A stretch of 32,000 nt of DNA, from positions 4,080,001 through 4,112,000 of the forward strand of contig OZ245049.1 of assembly GCA_965224465.1 (NCBI GenBank), read 5' to 3'. Source of the stretch: Flavobacteriaceae bacterium. Its GTDB lineage: Bacteria; Bacteroidota; Bacteroidia; Flavobacteriales; Flavobacteriaceae. Below, piece by piece: positions 1-9,489 of the stretch (its first letter is position 1; every line of letters begins with the position of its first letter). The translations under genes and the position numbers were made by a program. The notes beneath the pieces are model-generated. The model was not told the origin of the DNA. It ran no database searches and saw only the letters and a program-made list of their open reading frames with translations.

Positions 1-318
1 ATACCAAATAATTTGAGAATAAATAATGCTTTATTTAATGGTTTCTTATTTGATAGGTTATTTAAAGATCAGGATGTTTGTTATCTGAAATCGAAGGTTT
101 TATCGCATAATAAATTCATGATTCTTCTAAGAAAATGCATACCAAAGAGTTTTAAGCTTAGGGTAAAATATTTATACTTTAAACTCTTTAATATTAATAA
201 CTTTGATGTAAATAACACGCAACAATTAAGCAGTCTTTTAGGACAGAATTGTAAAGAAATTTTGAGGTATAAAAATATAAATGGATTAATGTCTTTTTGG
301 ATCACAAATAATAACTAA
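1..318 (+). CDS. 3' end of an unidentified CDS running off the left window edge
   Basis: Frame 1 is open from base 1 to the TAA at 316-318. The listed ORF start at 13 is only an internal TTG. No family motif recognised. Co-oriented with and directly upstream of the polysaccharide genes. Confidence 0.3.
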   Translation: MPNNLRINNALFNGFLFDRLFKDQDVCYLKSKVLSHNKFMILLRKCIPKSFKLRVKYLYFKLFNINNFDVNNTQQLSSLLGQNCKEILRYKNINGLMSFWITNNN

Positions 319-334
319 ACTAGTTTACTTATAA

Positions 335-1276
335 ATGAATAAAAATAAATTTAAAATAGTTATTTTATCAATAAGATTTTCTAATACGTTAAGATCATTA
401 TGTGATAATGATAAATTTGAGATTGTTGGTGTTGCAGAAGGGAAACCTCGAAAAAAAGAAGATATACCTTCTTTAGGTAAAACAATTAAGAGGTTTTTAC
501 TGCCTAATAAAAATCAATTTAAAGAATATAGTGAGAAGAAAAATATACCATACCATTATTATAATTCAAATGTTGAATTTTCAAAATGGTTAGAAGGTAT
601 AGACGCTGATATAATGATTGTTTATTCTTTATCGCAATTAATACCTGAAAGTGTTTTTGGCATACCCAAGTTTGGAACTATTAATTTGCATTTAGCTTTA
701 TTACCAAAATATAGAGGTCCTAATTCTTGGTTTTGGTCTTATTTCAATACCGAAAAAACGAATGGCTTAACTGTTCATTATATTGATGCGGGTGAAGATA
801 CAGGGAATATAATATGCCAATATGAATATCAAGTTAAATTGGGTATGACATCCCAAGAACAAGTTATTTATGTACAACCTTTTTGTATTAATTTATTAAC
901 GGAAGCTATATTTAAAGTATGCAAATCCTTAGACAAAGGCATCGTTCAGAACTCAATAAGTTCTACAAAGCGTGCCCGTAATTTAAAAAGTACAGAACAT
1001 GCTTCTTTGATAGGTTGGGATACCTGGAATATTAAGAGAATATGGCATTTACTTAGAGGGACGGAGCTGTGGTTAAATGCAATACGTCAGCCAAGTGGTG
1101 TGTTTCATGGACACCGGTGGACTATTGGAGAATATCAACTTAGAGAACATAGTTTAAATATAGGAGAAGTTTATAAAGAAAAAAATCAATACTTTGTAGT
1201 TTGTAGTGACGGTGTTATTTTATTATACGTACATTTTAGTTTAATTATATTTATTAAACAATTTGTTAAATATTAA
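335..1276 (+). CDS. Formyltransferase-family protein (Fmt/ArnA-N-like; candidate sugar N-formyltransferase)
   Basis: 313 aa. The motif NLHLALLPKYRGPN matches the HxSLLPxxRG formyltransferase signature with its Asn/His. The downstream IDAGEDTGNII supplies the catalytic Asp region. Located in a polysaccharide locus. Confidence 0.75.
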   Translation: MNKNKFKIVILSIRFSNTLRSLCDNDKFEIVGVAEGKPRKKEDIPSLGKTIKRFLLPNKNQFKEYSEKKNIPYHYYNSNVEFSKWLEGIDADIMIVYSLSQLIPESVFGIPKFGTINLHLALLPKYRGPNSWFWSYFNTEKTNGLTVHYIDAGEDTGNIICQYEYQVKLGMTSQEQVIYVQPFCINLLTEAIFKVCKSLDKGIVQNSISSTKRARNLKSTEHASLIGWDTWNIKRIWHLLRGTELWLNAIRQPSGVFHGHRWTIGEYQLREHSLNIGEVYKEKNQYFVVCSDGVILLYVHFSLIIFIKQFVKY

Positions 1277-1281
1277 TATTA

Positions 1282-2340
1282 GTGATTAGCTGTTATAGAG
1301 TTATAGATAAATCTAAGTTTAGAACTGTAAATGTAAATAGTTTTGATAAGTGTAGCTTCTTTTATCCTTTTTTAAGGCAAGGTATCTTTCAATTGATGAA
1401 AAACTATGAGTTCAAAACTGTAGCATTACCTTTTTATGTTGCGGAAGGTATTTATGATCCATTTTTAAAACTAGGTTTTAAAATTAAACATTACGACATT
1501 GATGCGAATGGTAATATTAATAAAGATATATTTAATGAGAAAATAGATGTTTTTGTTTATGTTCACCTTTTTGGTCTATATAACGAGATTAATATACAGT
1601 TAATATTGAGAAACAAGAATAAATATTCTTTCTTCATGGAAGATTTTGCTCATTCTGTTTATTCTAATAACTTGTCGTTGACTGGCGATGTATGTATATT
1701 TTCCTTTCCTAAGACCATTGGTGTAATTGATGGGGCTTGTATACTATTTAATAAGGTCCCAAATCCAATTGCTAGATATTCAAAATCGGATTTTAATACC
1801 AAACTTATAAATATAGATTTGTATTTTAAGTTACTTGTAATTAGTAATTTTTCAGGGAAGCTTATTTTTGTTCGAAAGGTCTTGTTATTTGCTTGGTCAA
1901 AATTAAAGTTCATGAATTATTATAGTAGATTAATGAATATCTATGCTACATCTTATCCTACTGTTAGTTTTTTTTCCAAATCTATCTTAGATCATACAAA
2001 TTTTAAACGTATTTCGGATTATAGAATTAGTTTTGCGGAAATATATTTAGACAACTTAAACAAAAATATATTATTTGATATCCCGAGAGCATATTATTTA
2101 AAACAAGCTCTTTTTTCTTTTCCTATAAAGGTTAATAAGCGCGATGTTTTTATGAGAGCTTTACAAAAAGAAAATATAGTCACAATTAAACTGTATAATA
2201 ATTGGTGTTTTGGAAAAATAAATAATAGAGAGATAATGGATAATCATGTGCTATTGCCTCTAAACCAAAATTTAAAAAAAGCTGATATACTTAGAGTAAT
2301 ACACTGTGTAAATAAAATATATGAAGAACAAAGTAAATGA
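1282..2340 (+). CDS. Divergent DegT/DnrJ/EryC1-like PLP-fold protein (putative sugar aminotransferase-like)
   Basis: 352 aa with a GTG start. MEDFAHSV...GDVCIFSFPKTIGVIDGACILF resembles the DegT pattern (EDxAH ... GD..xFSFxxxK..xxGxG) with a candidate PLP lysine. The N-terminus is atypical, and the start codon is uncertain. Confidence 0.45.
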   Translation: MISCYRVIDKSKFRTVNVNSFDKCSFFYPFLRQGIFQLMKNYEFKTVALPFYVAEGIYDPFLKLGFKIKHYDIDANGNINKDIFNEKIDVFVYVHLFGLYNEINIQLILRNKNKYSFFMEDFAHSVYSNNLSLTGDVCIFSFPKTIGVIDGACILFNKVPNPIARYSKSDFNTKLINIDLYFKLLVISNFSGKLIFVRKVLLFAWSKLKFMNYYSRLMNIYATSYPTVSFFSKSILDHTNFKRISDYRISFAEIYLDNLNKNILFDIPRAYYLKQALFSFPIKVNKRDVFMRALQKENIVTIKLYNNWCFGKINNREIMDNHVLLPLNQNLKKADILRVIHCVNKIYEEQSK

Positions 2341-3292
2341 TTTAAAAGACAAAGATGAATATCGTGCATTTTGTTCAGATGAAATCAATATGCCTATATT
2401 TAGTAAGGATTGGTGGTTAGATGCTGTTTCTGGCAGAGATAATTGGGATGTTATTTTAGTCAAAAAAAACAATAATATTATTGCTAGTATGCCTTTTATT
2501 AAGACAGTAAGTAAAGGGTTTTCGTTAATTATAATGCCTACTTTAACTCAAACTTTAGGCCCCTATATTAAGTATCCAAATAATCAAAATGAAGCCAAAC
2601 GCTTAAGTTTTGAGAAAGTAATAATGGACGAATTGATAACTAAGTTGCCTGATTTTGATGTGTTTAATCAAAATTTTAATTATTCAATTACAAATTGGTT
2701 ACCTTTTTATTGGAACTCATTTGAACAGACAACGAAGTACACGTATGTGATTAATAACATAAAAGATATAGATGTTGTTGTTGCTAATTTTGATAGGTCT
2801 AAAAAAAAAAATATTAAAAAGGCTGAAAAAACCGTTAAGATTAAGTATGATTTATCTGCAAAGGACTTTTACGATAATCATTCTATGACATTAAAAAAAC
2901 AGGGTGCGGATATAAGTTATTCATTCGAGTTGTTTAATTCTTTGTATAAGTCTAGTTATGAAAATGATTCAGGGAAAATCATATACGCTATCGATGAAAA
3001 GGATTTTATCCATGGCGCATTATTTATTGTTTGGGACGGAAATAGTGCTTATGATTTAATTAGTACAATAGATCCTGACACTAGAAACTGTGGTGCTGCT
3101 AGTTTGTTAATACAGGAGGCTATTCGTTTTGTGGCTGATAAAACTAATAAATTTGATTTTGAAGGAAGTATGATAGAAAATGTAGAAAATTCATTCAGAA
3201 AATTTGGAGCAGTGCAAACCCCTTATTTTTCTATATCTAAAACAAATTCTAAATTAATCCATATAATGAGAATCATAAAAAAAATAATATGA
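2321..3292 (+). CDS. GNAT-fold FemAB-like acyl/aminoacyl-transferase family protein
   Basis: 323 aa. The N-terminal SKDWWLDAV...WDVILVKKNNNIIASMPF and overall layout recall the FemAB/BioF2-like acetyltransferase group common in capsule loci. Overlaps the upstream CDS by 20 nt. Contains an A11 tract at 2801-2811. Confidence 0.55.
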   Translation: MKNKVNDLKDKDEYRAFCSDEINMPIFSKDWWLDAVSGRDNWDVILVKKNNNIIASMPFIKTVSKGFSLIIMPTLTQTLGPYIKYPNNQNEAKRLSFEKVIMDELITKLPDFDVFNQNFNYSITNWLPFYWNSFEQTTKYTYVINNIKDIDVVVANFDRSKKKNIKKAEKTVKIKYDLSAKDFYDNHSMTLKKQGADISYSFELFNSLYKSSYENDSGKIIYAIDEKDFIHGALFIVWDGNSAYDLISTIDPDTRNCGAASLLIQEAIRFVADKTNKFDFEGSMIENVENSFRKFGAVQTPYFSISKTNSKLIHIMRIIKKII

Positions 3293-4635
3293 TTTCTGTA
3301 AGTATACCAAATAACAATATTTCAGAACGAACATATATAATAAACATTATATTCGGTGAGTTTTTAGGTTTAGAGTGTAATATTACTATAGACAAAGATT
3401 TAACGGATTATAAAATAGTATTACCTAATAATTCTTGTGTAATTATAAAAGACAGTTTTTTTTCTTTACATCACGAAACGAGTACTTATTTAAATAAGAA
3501 AAATATCCCTTTAAATGTTTCCCATATTAGTAATGAATTTATAGTAGAAGATAATTTGCCTTTAATATATGGGGCAAATGATATTTCTGTTGTATCCGAT
3601 TTAATTTCTTGTTCTATAGATGTTTTTGCATCTTGTTTTTTTATGCTGACACGTTGGGAAGAATATGTGATTAAATCGAGAGACATTCATCATAGATTTT
3701 CTGCATACAAAAGTCTTGCATTTAAAAATGATTTTTTAAAGAGACCTATCGTAAATGAATATGTAGAACTGCTTTGGAATATGTTATTTCTTCTAGATGC
3801 TTCACTTATTAGAAAAAATCACAAATACAAATGTTATATAACCCATGATGTCGACAGAATCGATACATGGAAAAACCCAATGCATTTAATAAAAACAGTA
3901 GGAGGAGATCTAATAAAGAGAAAGGATTTAATGAAGGCTGGAGAAAACTTTTACCAGTACTTTAAAATAAAACTGAATTTAATAAAGGATCCTTACGATA
4001 CGTTTGATTTTTTAATGGATGAAAGCGAAAAAATAAATACAAAAAGTAATTTTTACTTTATGAGCGGAGGTGAAACTACTTTTGATAATTGGTATAATAT
4101 TGATAAAGTAGGTGTTTTAATTAATACTATAAAAAAAAAGAAACATAGAATAGGCTATCATTCAAGTTATAATACCTATAATAATTTAGAATTATTTATT
4201 CAGGAAAAAGAGCGATTAGAAAAAATTTCGGAATTTCAAATTACAGAAGGAAGACAGCATTATTTACGATTCGAAGTGCCTACAACATGGCAGGTGTGGG
4301 AGGATGCAGGTATGCTAGTAGATAGTACTTGTGGTTATGCTGAGAAAGAAGGATTTCGTTGTGGTACAGCAACTGAATATAGTGTGTTTAATATTATTAC
4401 CCGTAAACAATTAAAATTAAAGGAACGCCCTCTTTTGGTGATGGAAGGGAGTTTTTATACGTACCAACCGGAAATGAATTTAGAAGAGATGCTTCTAAAC
4501 ATTAAATCGATAATTAAACTAGTTAAAAAATATAATTCAAATTTTGTTTTGTTATGGCATAATAGCAGTTTTAATAAAAATAGGTCTAGAAATTTTAAAG
4601 ATGAATATAAATGTATATTGCAGTATCTTCCTTAG
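3289..4635 (+). CDS. Polysaccharide deacetylase-like protein with an N-terminal domain of unknown function
   Basis: 448 aa. The ITHDVDRI motif and C-terminal LLWHNSSF are typical of the carbohydrate-esterase/deacetylase-like fold seen next to FemAB-like genes. 4-nt ATGA overlap with the upstream CDS. Confidence 0.5.
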   Translation: MISVSIPNNNISERTYIINIIFGEFLGLECNITIDKDLTDYKIVLPNNSCVIIKDSFFSLHHETSTYLNKKNIPLNVSHISNEFIVEDNLPLIYGANDISVVSDLISCSIDVFASCFFMLTRWEEYVIKSRDIHHRFSAYKSLAFKNDFLKRPIVNEYVELLWNMLFLLDASLIRKNHKYKCYITHDVDRIDTWKNPMHLIKTVGGDLIKRKDLMKAGENFYQYFKIKLNLIKDPYDTFDFLMDESEKINTKSNFYFMSGGETTFDNWYNIDKVGVLINTIKKKKHRIGYHSSYNTYNNLELFIQEKERLEKISEFQITEGRQHYLRFEVPTTWQVWEDAGMLVDSTCGYAEKEGFRCGTATEYSVFNIITRKQLKLKERPLLVMEGSFYTYQPEMNLEEMLLNIKSIIKLVKKYNSNFVLLWHNSSFNKNRSRNFKDEYKCILQYLP

Positions 4636-5960
4636 TATTAATTATTTCTTTTTTCTTATTTAAGAAAGCGGCAGGAACACTTGCTCTAAATAGGTTAAAT
4701 ATGATTTCTTGGGTGTTTTATTATAATTTAATAATACAATCTTTTTTTGCTGCTGTTTTGGTTATTTCGAATACGGATAATCATTATTTAATAGCCAAGT
4801 TGCAAAATCAAGATTCACGTTTTTATGGATGGGCCGCTGTAATGTATACCATGATCGTTTTACCTTTAGGTATGCTGTTTGTTAATTTTTTATTAAAGAA
4901 ATCGCCAAATAAAGAGTTTGAGAGGTACACTTCATCTCCAATTATACCATTACTGAGTAATAGAGATTCTTTTATTCGTATTCCTTTATTATTGCTTAGT
5001 TTTATATCAATTTGTTCGGTTATTTATACAATGTACTGTTTACCAGAAATCCCAATGATTAAACTATTAAAAGGAGGATCTACAATGGAATTAATGGGGT
5101 TAAGGGTTTCTGCTTCAAGAGAATTTTCAGGAAATCAATATGTTAGGAATATATTAGCAATTACTCTTACTCCTATAATTACTCTTATTTATTTTTCTTA
5201 TTATAAGATGACTAAATTAAAAAAAGATAAATATATATTCTTTTTGATGTTCTTTTTTGCAATAATAATCCTTACCTATAATTTAGCAAAAGGACCTTTT
5301 GTTGCATTTATTCTATCGTTCATGTTTTTAAAAGTCTTAATAGACGGAGAAGTAAAGAAAAAGGTATTGTATGCATTTGGTGTTTCTGTTTTTTTATTAA
5401 TTATTATAGCGTATATTAAAATTTCTCAGACAGTTGATATTATTTCTCTTTTATCTCATTACAATTCAGGAATTATAGGGAGGATAATACTTTCTCAATC
5501 GGCAGGTACTTATTTAATGTTTGATATATTTCCGAATAATTATGATTTTATTGGATTCGATTCTATCTCTTCAGTCATTTCAAGCGCATTTAATTTAGAT
5601 CATTCAGAAAGAGCAGCAAGAATGGTTATGATGCATATTTATCCAAATAACTTAGACCATGTAGGTGTTATGAACTCTCTTTTTATAGCAGAAGCTTGGG
5701 CTAATTTTGGTGTTATTGGAGTTGTTTTAGCTCCTTTTTATGTAGGCATGGTATTGCAAATATTATATTTAACATTCTTAAAACTTAAAAAAACACCTAT
5801 TATTCTAGGCTTGTTTGCTTTTTTAACCTATAAATCTAGTATTACTGGAGGCTTTAATGATTATATATATAATGCAGGTTATCTAATAATTTTTATAATT
5901 TTTATATTCTTGTATTTTTTTGGAAAGAGTTTGAAAGTAATTAATAAAACAACTAAATGA
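4611..5960 (+). CDS. Polytopic membrane protein, O-antigen/capsule repeat-unit polymerase (Wzy)-like
   Basis: 449 aa with about 10 or more hydrophobic segments and a large loop region. It sits between modification enzymes and glycosyltransferases. No sequence-specific motif is possible for the Wzy class. Confidence 0.55.
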   Translation: MYIAVSSLVLIISFFLFKKAAGTLALNRLNMISWVFYYNLIIQSFFAAVLVISNTDNHYLIAKLQNQDSRFYGWAAVMYTMIVLPLGMLFVNFLLKKSPNKEFERYTSSPIIPLLSNRDSFIRIPLLLLSFISICSVIYTMYCLPEIPMIKLLKGGSTMELMGLRVSASREFSGNQYVRNILAITLTPIITLIYFSYYKMTKLKKDKYIFFLMFFFAIIILTYNLAKGPFVAFILSFMFLKVLIDGEVKKKVLYAFGVSVFLLIIIAYIKISQTVDIISLLSHYNSGIIGRIILSQSAGTYLMFDIFPNNYDFIGFDSISSVISSAFNLDHSERAARMVMMHIYPNNLDHVGVMNSLFIAEAWANFGVIGVVLAPFYVGMVLQILYLTFLKLKKTPIILGLFAFLTYKSSITGGFNDYIYNAGYLIIFIIFIFLYFFGKSLKVINKTTK

Positions 5961-7045
5961 ATATAATATTTCACATACCAAATTATATAGATCCTAATTT
6001 ACCTTCAGGATCTCAAATTAGACCAATGAAAATGCTTCAATCTTTTAAGGATTTAGGCTTTAATGTAGATGTTGTTATGGGATATGTAGTTGATAGAAAA
6101 AAACAGATAATAGACATCAAACAAAAAATTAAGAATGGTATTAAATATGAATTCCTCTATAGTGAGAGTTCTACAATGCCAACTGCATTAACAGAAAAAC
6201 ATCATTTACCGGTAGCTCCTTTTTTAGATTTTAATTTTTTTAAATTTTGTAGATCTAATAATATTAAAGTTTCTTTGTTTTATCGAGATATTCATTGGCG
6301 CTTTTCACATTCTAAAAGTAATAGCTCTTTTTTAAAACGTTTTATTGCTCTTCTTTTTTACCGATTTGATTTGTTTATGTATAAGAATACAATAGATGTT
6401 TTATATTTACCTTCTCTTAAAATGTATGATTATATACCTTTAAATTTTAAAAAAGAGATTTATTCTTTACCTCCTGGTATTATTTCTAGACAACAAATTT
6501 CAGATAAACAAGATTCTAAATTACGTTTTATTTATGTTGGAGGAATAGGCGAGTTATATGATGTTAAATTATTCCTAAAAGTCATCAGACAGTTTAGGAA
6601 TATTGAATTTAAATTATGCATAAGAAGTATAGATTGGGGTAAAGTAAAGTTGGAATATGATGAATATATGCACAAAGACTATATTTACCATACTAGTGGT
6701 TCTGGTTTAGACGAGCTTTATAGAGCCAGTGATATTGCTGTCCTTTTTTTAAAACCTAGTGTTTATTGGAGTTTTGTTATGCCTGTTAAATTGTTTGACT
6801 ATATATCATATAAGAAACCTATAATCGCAGTTAAGGGGACTTGCGTAGCTGATTTTGTAGAAAAGAACAATATAGGATGGGTGATTAATTATTCAGAAAA
6901 CGAATTAGAAAATTTAATACAGTTTTTAAATGAAAATCCGATAGAGATAGTCAATAAACGGAATAATATCCAGGGAATTATTAAATCTAATACGTGGATT
7001 GCGAGAGCTGAAGAAGTGGTCTCTCGTTTTTCTTTGAAAGATTAA
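5957..7045 (+). CDS. Glycosyltransferase (GT-B fold, GT4-like)
   Basis: 362 aa. The C-terminal half (FIYVGGIGELYD...PVKLFDYISYKKPIIAVKGTCVADFVEKNNIGWVI) resembles GT-B nucleotide-sugar binding domains. ATGA overlap with the Wzy-like CDS. Confidence 0.6.
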   Translation: MNIIFHIPNYIDPNLPSGSQIRPMKMLQSFKDLGFNVDVVMGYVVDRKKQIIDIKQKIKNGIKYEFLYSESSTMPTALTEKHHLPVAPFLDFNFFKFCRSNNIKVSLFYRDIHWRFSHSKSNSSFLKRFIALLFYRFDLFMYKNTIDVLYLPSLKMYDYIPLNFKKEIYSLPPGIISRQQISDKQDSKLRFIYVGGIGELYDVKLFLKVIRQFRNIEFKLCIRSIDWGKVKLEYDEYMHKDYIYHTSGSGLDELYRASDIAVLFLKPSVYWSFVMPVKLFDYISYKKPIIAVKGTCVADFVEKNNIGWVINYSENELENLIQFLNENPIEIVNKRNNIQGIIKSNTWIARAEEVVSRFSLKD

Positions 7046-7778
7046 CATTGAAGAAATTAAATGTAAATTACTGTGTGTATGATAACAGTAGCAAGACCTC
7101 AGTTTGTAAAACCAGATTCTGTTTCTATAGCTATGATAAAACATAATGTATTTATATAATAAGGTTTTATAGCTGAAATAAATATAGATAGAAGATAATA
7201 TTTAATTAAAAACATGTGCTTTGTATTTTCGTTGAGATAGATATGTCAAAGGAGGTAAATGACATTTCGAGTATTTTATTTTGTTCAAGCGAAGTTTCTG
7301 TAAAAAATTCAAAAAAAGAAGGGTTTTCTTTCTTTAATTATAAGAATTTATGAAGTCATTCAATAAATGGTGTTGTTTTATGAGTATAATTCAGTTAACT
7401 CAACAGTAACATTTCCATAAAAATATCGTTTAGCAACGATGCATAGGTATGAAAATACGAATACTATTGAAGAAAATATCCTTTTTTAAAATAAAGGAAA
7501 AATAAGTTGCACAATCCTTATGCTTATCCATCCAAGAAAAACTATGATCCTAATAGTCCTGTTGGTTATTTCGAGATGATATATCTACTTCAAAACTATG
7601 GATCCGTGATGCCAGGTATTTATGATTTACAAAAAGAGGAGATCTTTTTTCATAAATCCGTTTGGCTTATAGAGATCAAATACAATGGATAGAGTTAGTA
7701 GATTGGTTAATTCTGCTATAAGAGATATTTTAGATACTTTTATAGCTTATGAGTTCTTTAAAAAACAATAATAATTAC

Positions 7779-8879
7779 ATGAAAATATTAATACTATCCG
7801 ACGCAAATAATATCCATACCATTAGATGGGTAAGCTCACTTGCAGATCGTGGGATTGAGATATTACTTTTTAGTTTACCTACTTGTACTGTTGATGCCTA
7901 TGATGTTTTTACGAATGTTATGGTTGTTGGTTGCCAAAAAGGAATGTCTAAGACAGCTGGCATAGTTGTTAAATTAAAATATTTAACAGTACTATCAGTA
8001 TTAAAAAAAGAAATAAAAAAATTTAATCCAGACATTGTACATGCTCATTATGCAACTAGTTATGGATTACTAGGTGCTTTATCTGGTTTTAGTCCATTTG
8101 TTTTGTCGGTATGGGGAAGTGATGTTTTTGAGTTTCCTGTAAAATCTTTTTTGCATAAAAAAATACTTGAATTTAACCTCTCTAGAACGGATAAAATTTT
8201 GTCTACATCCAATGTAATGGCGGTAGAAACCAATAAATATTCTAACAAAAATATAGAGATAACTCCTTTTGGAATAGATTTAAATATATTTAAGAAGAAA
8301 AAGGTAGAAAGGTTATTTTCAGAAAACGCAATAGTTATAGGGACGGTAAAATCACTGGAAAAAATATATGGGATTAGGTACTTAATAAAAGGATTTATTT
8401 TATTAGTTGAAAAGTATCCAGAGTTACCATTAAAACTTTTAATTGTAGGAAGAGGAACTCAAGAGCAAAAACTTAAGAGTATGTGTAAGAAAGCTAATAT
8501 TCTAGATAAAACGATATTTACAGGGCATATTAAACATAAGGAGGTTCCTAGGTACTTAAATATGTTAGATGTATCTGTATCTGTATCTGACAACGAAAGT
8601 TTTGGCGTTGCTGTGATAGAGGCTTCGGCATGCTGTTGCCCCGTTATTGTTTCTAACGTAGGAGGCTTGCCAGAAGTTGTAGCAGATGGTGTTACAGGTA
8701 TTGTTGTTCCAAGACGGGATGAAAAAGGACTGATGTTAGCACTTGAGAAATTAATTTTTGATGCAGGTTTACGAAAAAAAATGGGACTGGCAGGAAGAAA
8801 AAAAGTGGCTTTAGATTACGATTGGGATAAAAATGTAACACAAATGCACACCATTTATAAAAAATTACTTAAAAAATAA
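7779..8879 (+). CDS. Glycosyltransferase family 4
   Basis: MKILILSDANNIHTIRW is a typical GT4 N-terminus. The ESFGVAVIEASACCCPVIVSNVGGLPEVV motif is of EX7E type. The ORF is open from 7749, and the ATG at 7779 is preferred by N-terminal similarity only. Confidence 0.85.
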   Translation: MKILILSDANNIHTIRWVSSLADRGIEILLFSLPTCTVDAYDVFTNVMVVGCQKGMSKTAGIVVKLKYLTVLSVLKKEIKKFNPDIVHAHYATSYGLLGALSGFSPFVLSVWGSDVFEFPVKSFLHKKILEFNLSRTDKILSTSNVMAVETNKYSNKNIEITPFGIDLNIFKKKKVERLFSENAIVIGTVKSLEKIYGIRYLIKGFILLVEKYPELPLKLLIVGRGTQEQKLKSMCKKANILDKTIFTGHIKHKEVPRYLNMLDVSVSVSDNESFGVAVIEASACCCPVIVSNVGGLPEVVADGVTGIVVPRRDEKGLMLALEKLIFDAGLRKKMGLAGRKKVALDYDWDKNVTQMHTIYKKLLKK

Positions 8880-8886
8880 ATGTAAG

Positions 8887-9465
8887 ATGGAAACTAATTA
8901 TTTTGCACATGAAACTGCAATTATAGATGCTGATTGCAGTATAGGAAGGGATACTAAAATTTGGCATTTTTCGCATATAATGAGTAACTGTACTTTAGGA
9001 GAGCGATGTAATATTGGTCAGAATGTAGTTATCTCACCAGAGGTGATTTTGGGCGAGAATGTAAAAGTACAGAATAATGTTTCTATTTATACAGGAGTTA
9101 TTTGTGAAGATGATGTTTTTTTAGGACCTTCAATGGTTTTTACAAATGTTATCAATCCAAGAGCATCTGTGAATAGGAAAAATGAATACCTGCAAACAAT
9201 AGTACGAAAAGGAGCGACTATAGGGGCGAATGCAACAATTGTATGTGGTCACAACATTGGTGAATATGCTTTTATTGGAGCTGGAGCCGTTGTAACAAAG
9301 GAAATTCCTGCTTATGCAATGTATGTAGGTAATCCTGCAAAACAAATAGGTTGGATGAGTGAACATGGTGCTAAATTAATGTTTGATAGTGAAGGTAAAG
9401 CAACATGTTGTGATAGTAATGAAAAGTACGTCTTAAAAGAAGGACGTGTGTATAAAATAAAATAA
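8887..9465 (+). CDS. Left-handed beta-helix N-acetyltransferase, WbpD/WlbB-like (UDP-2-acetamido-3-amino-2,3-dideoxy-glucuronate N-acetyltransferase family)
   Basis: 192 aa with hexapeptide repeats. The N-terminus YFAHETAIID..C.IG..TKIWHFSHIM and VFTNVINPRA are characteristic of WbpD/WlbB homologues. Confidence 0.8.
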   Translation: METNYFAHETAIIDADCSIGRDTKIWHFSHIMSNCTLGERCNIGQNVVISPEVILGENVKVQNNVSIYTGVICEDDVFLGPSMVFTNVINPRASVNRKNEYLQTIVRKGATIGANATIVCGHNIGEYAFIGAGAVVTKEIPAYAMYVGNPAKQIGWMSEHGAKLMFDSEGKATCCDSNEKYVLKEGRVYKIK

Positions 9466-9489
9466 TATAATTTTTTTTAAATAAAAACA

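Noticed and set aside
7507-7692. 61-aa ORF (TTG start) in the polysaccharide-locus seam
   Set aside because: It has a non-ATG start and no recognisable motif, and it is surrounded by other broken short frames. It is more likely pseudogene debris than a gene, and I cannot confirm that without a database search.
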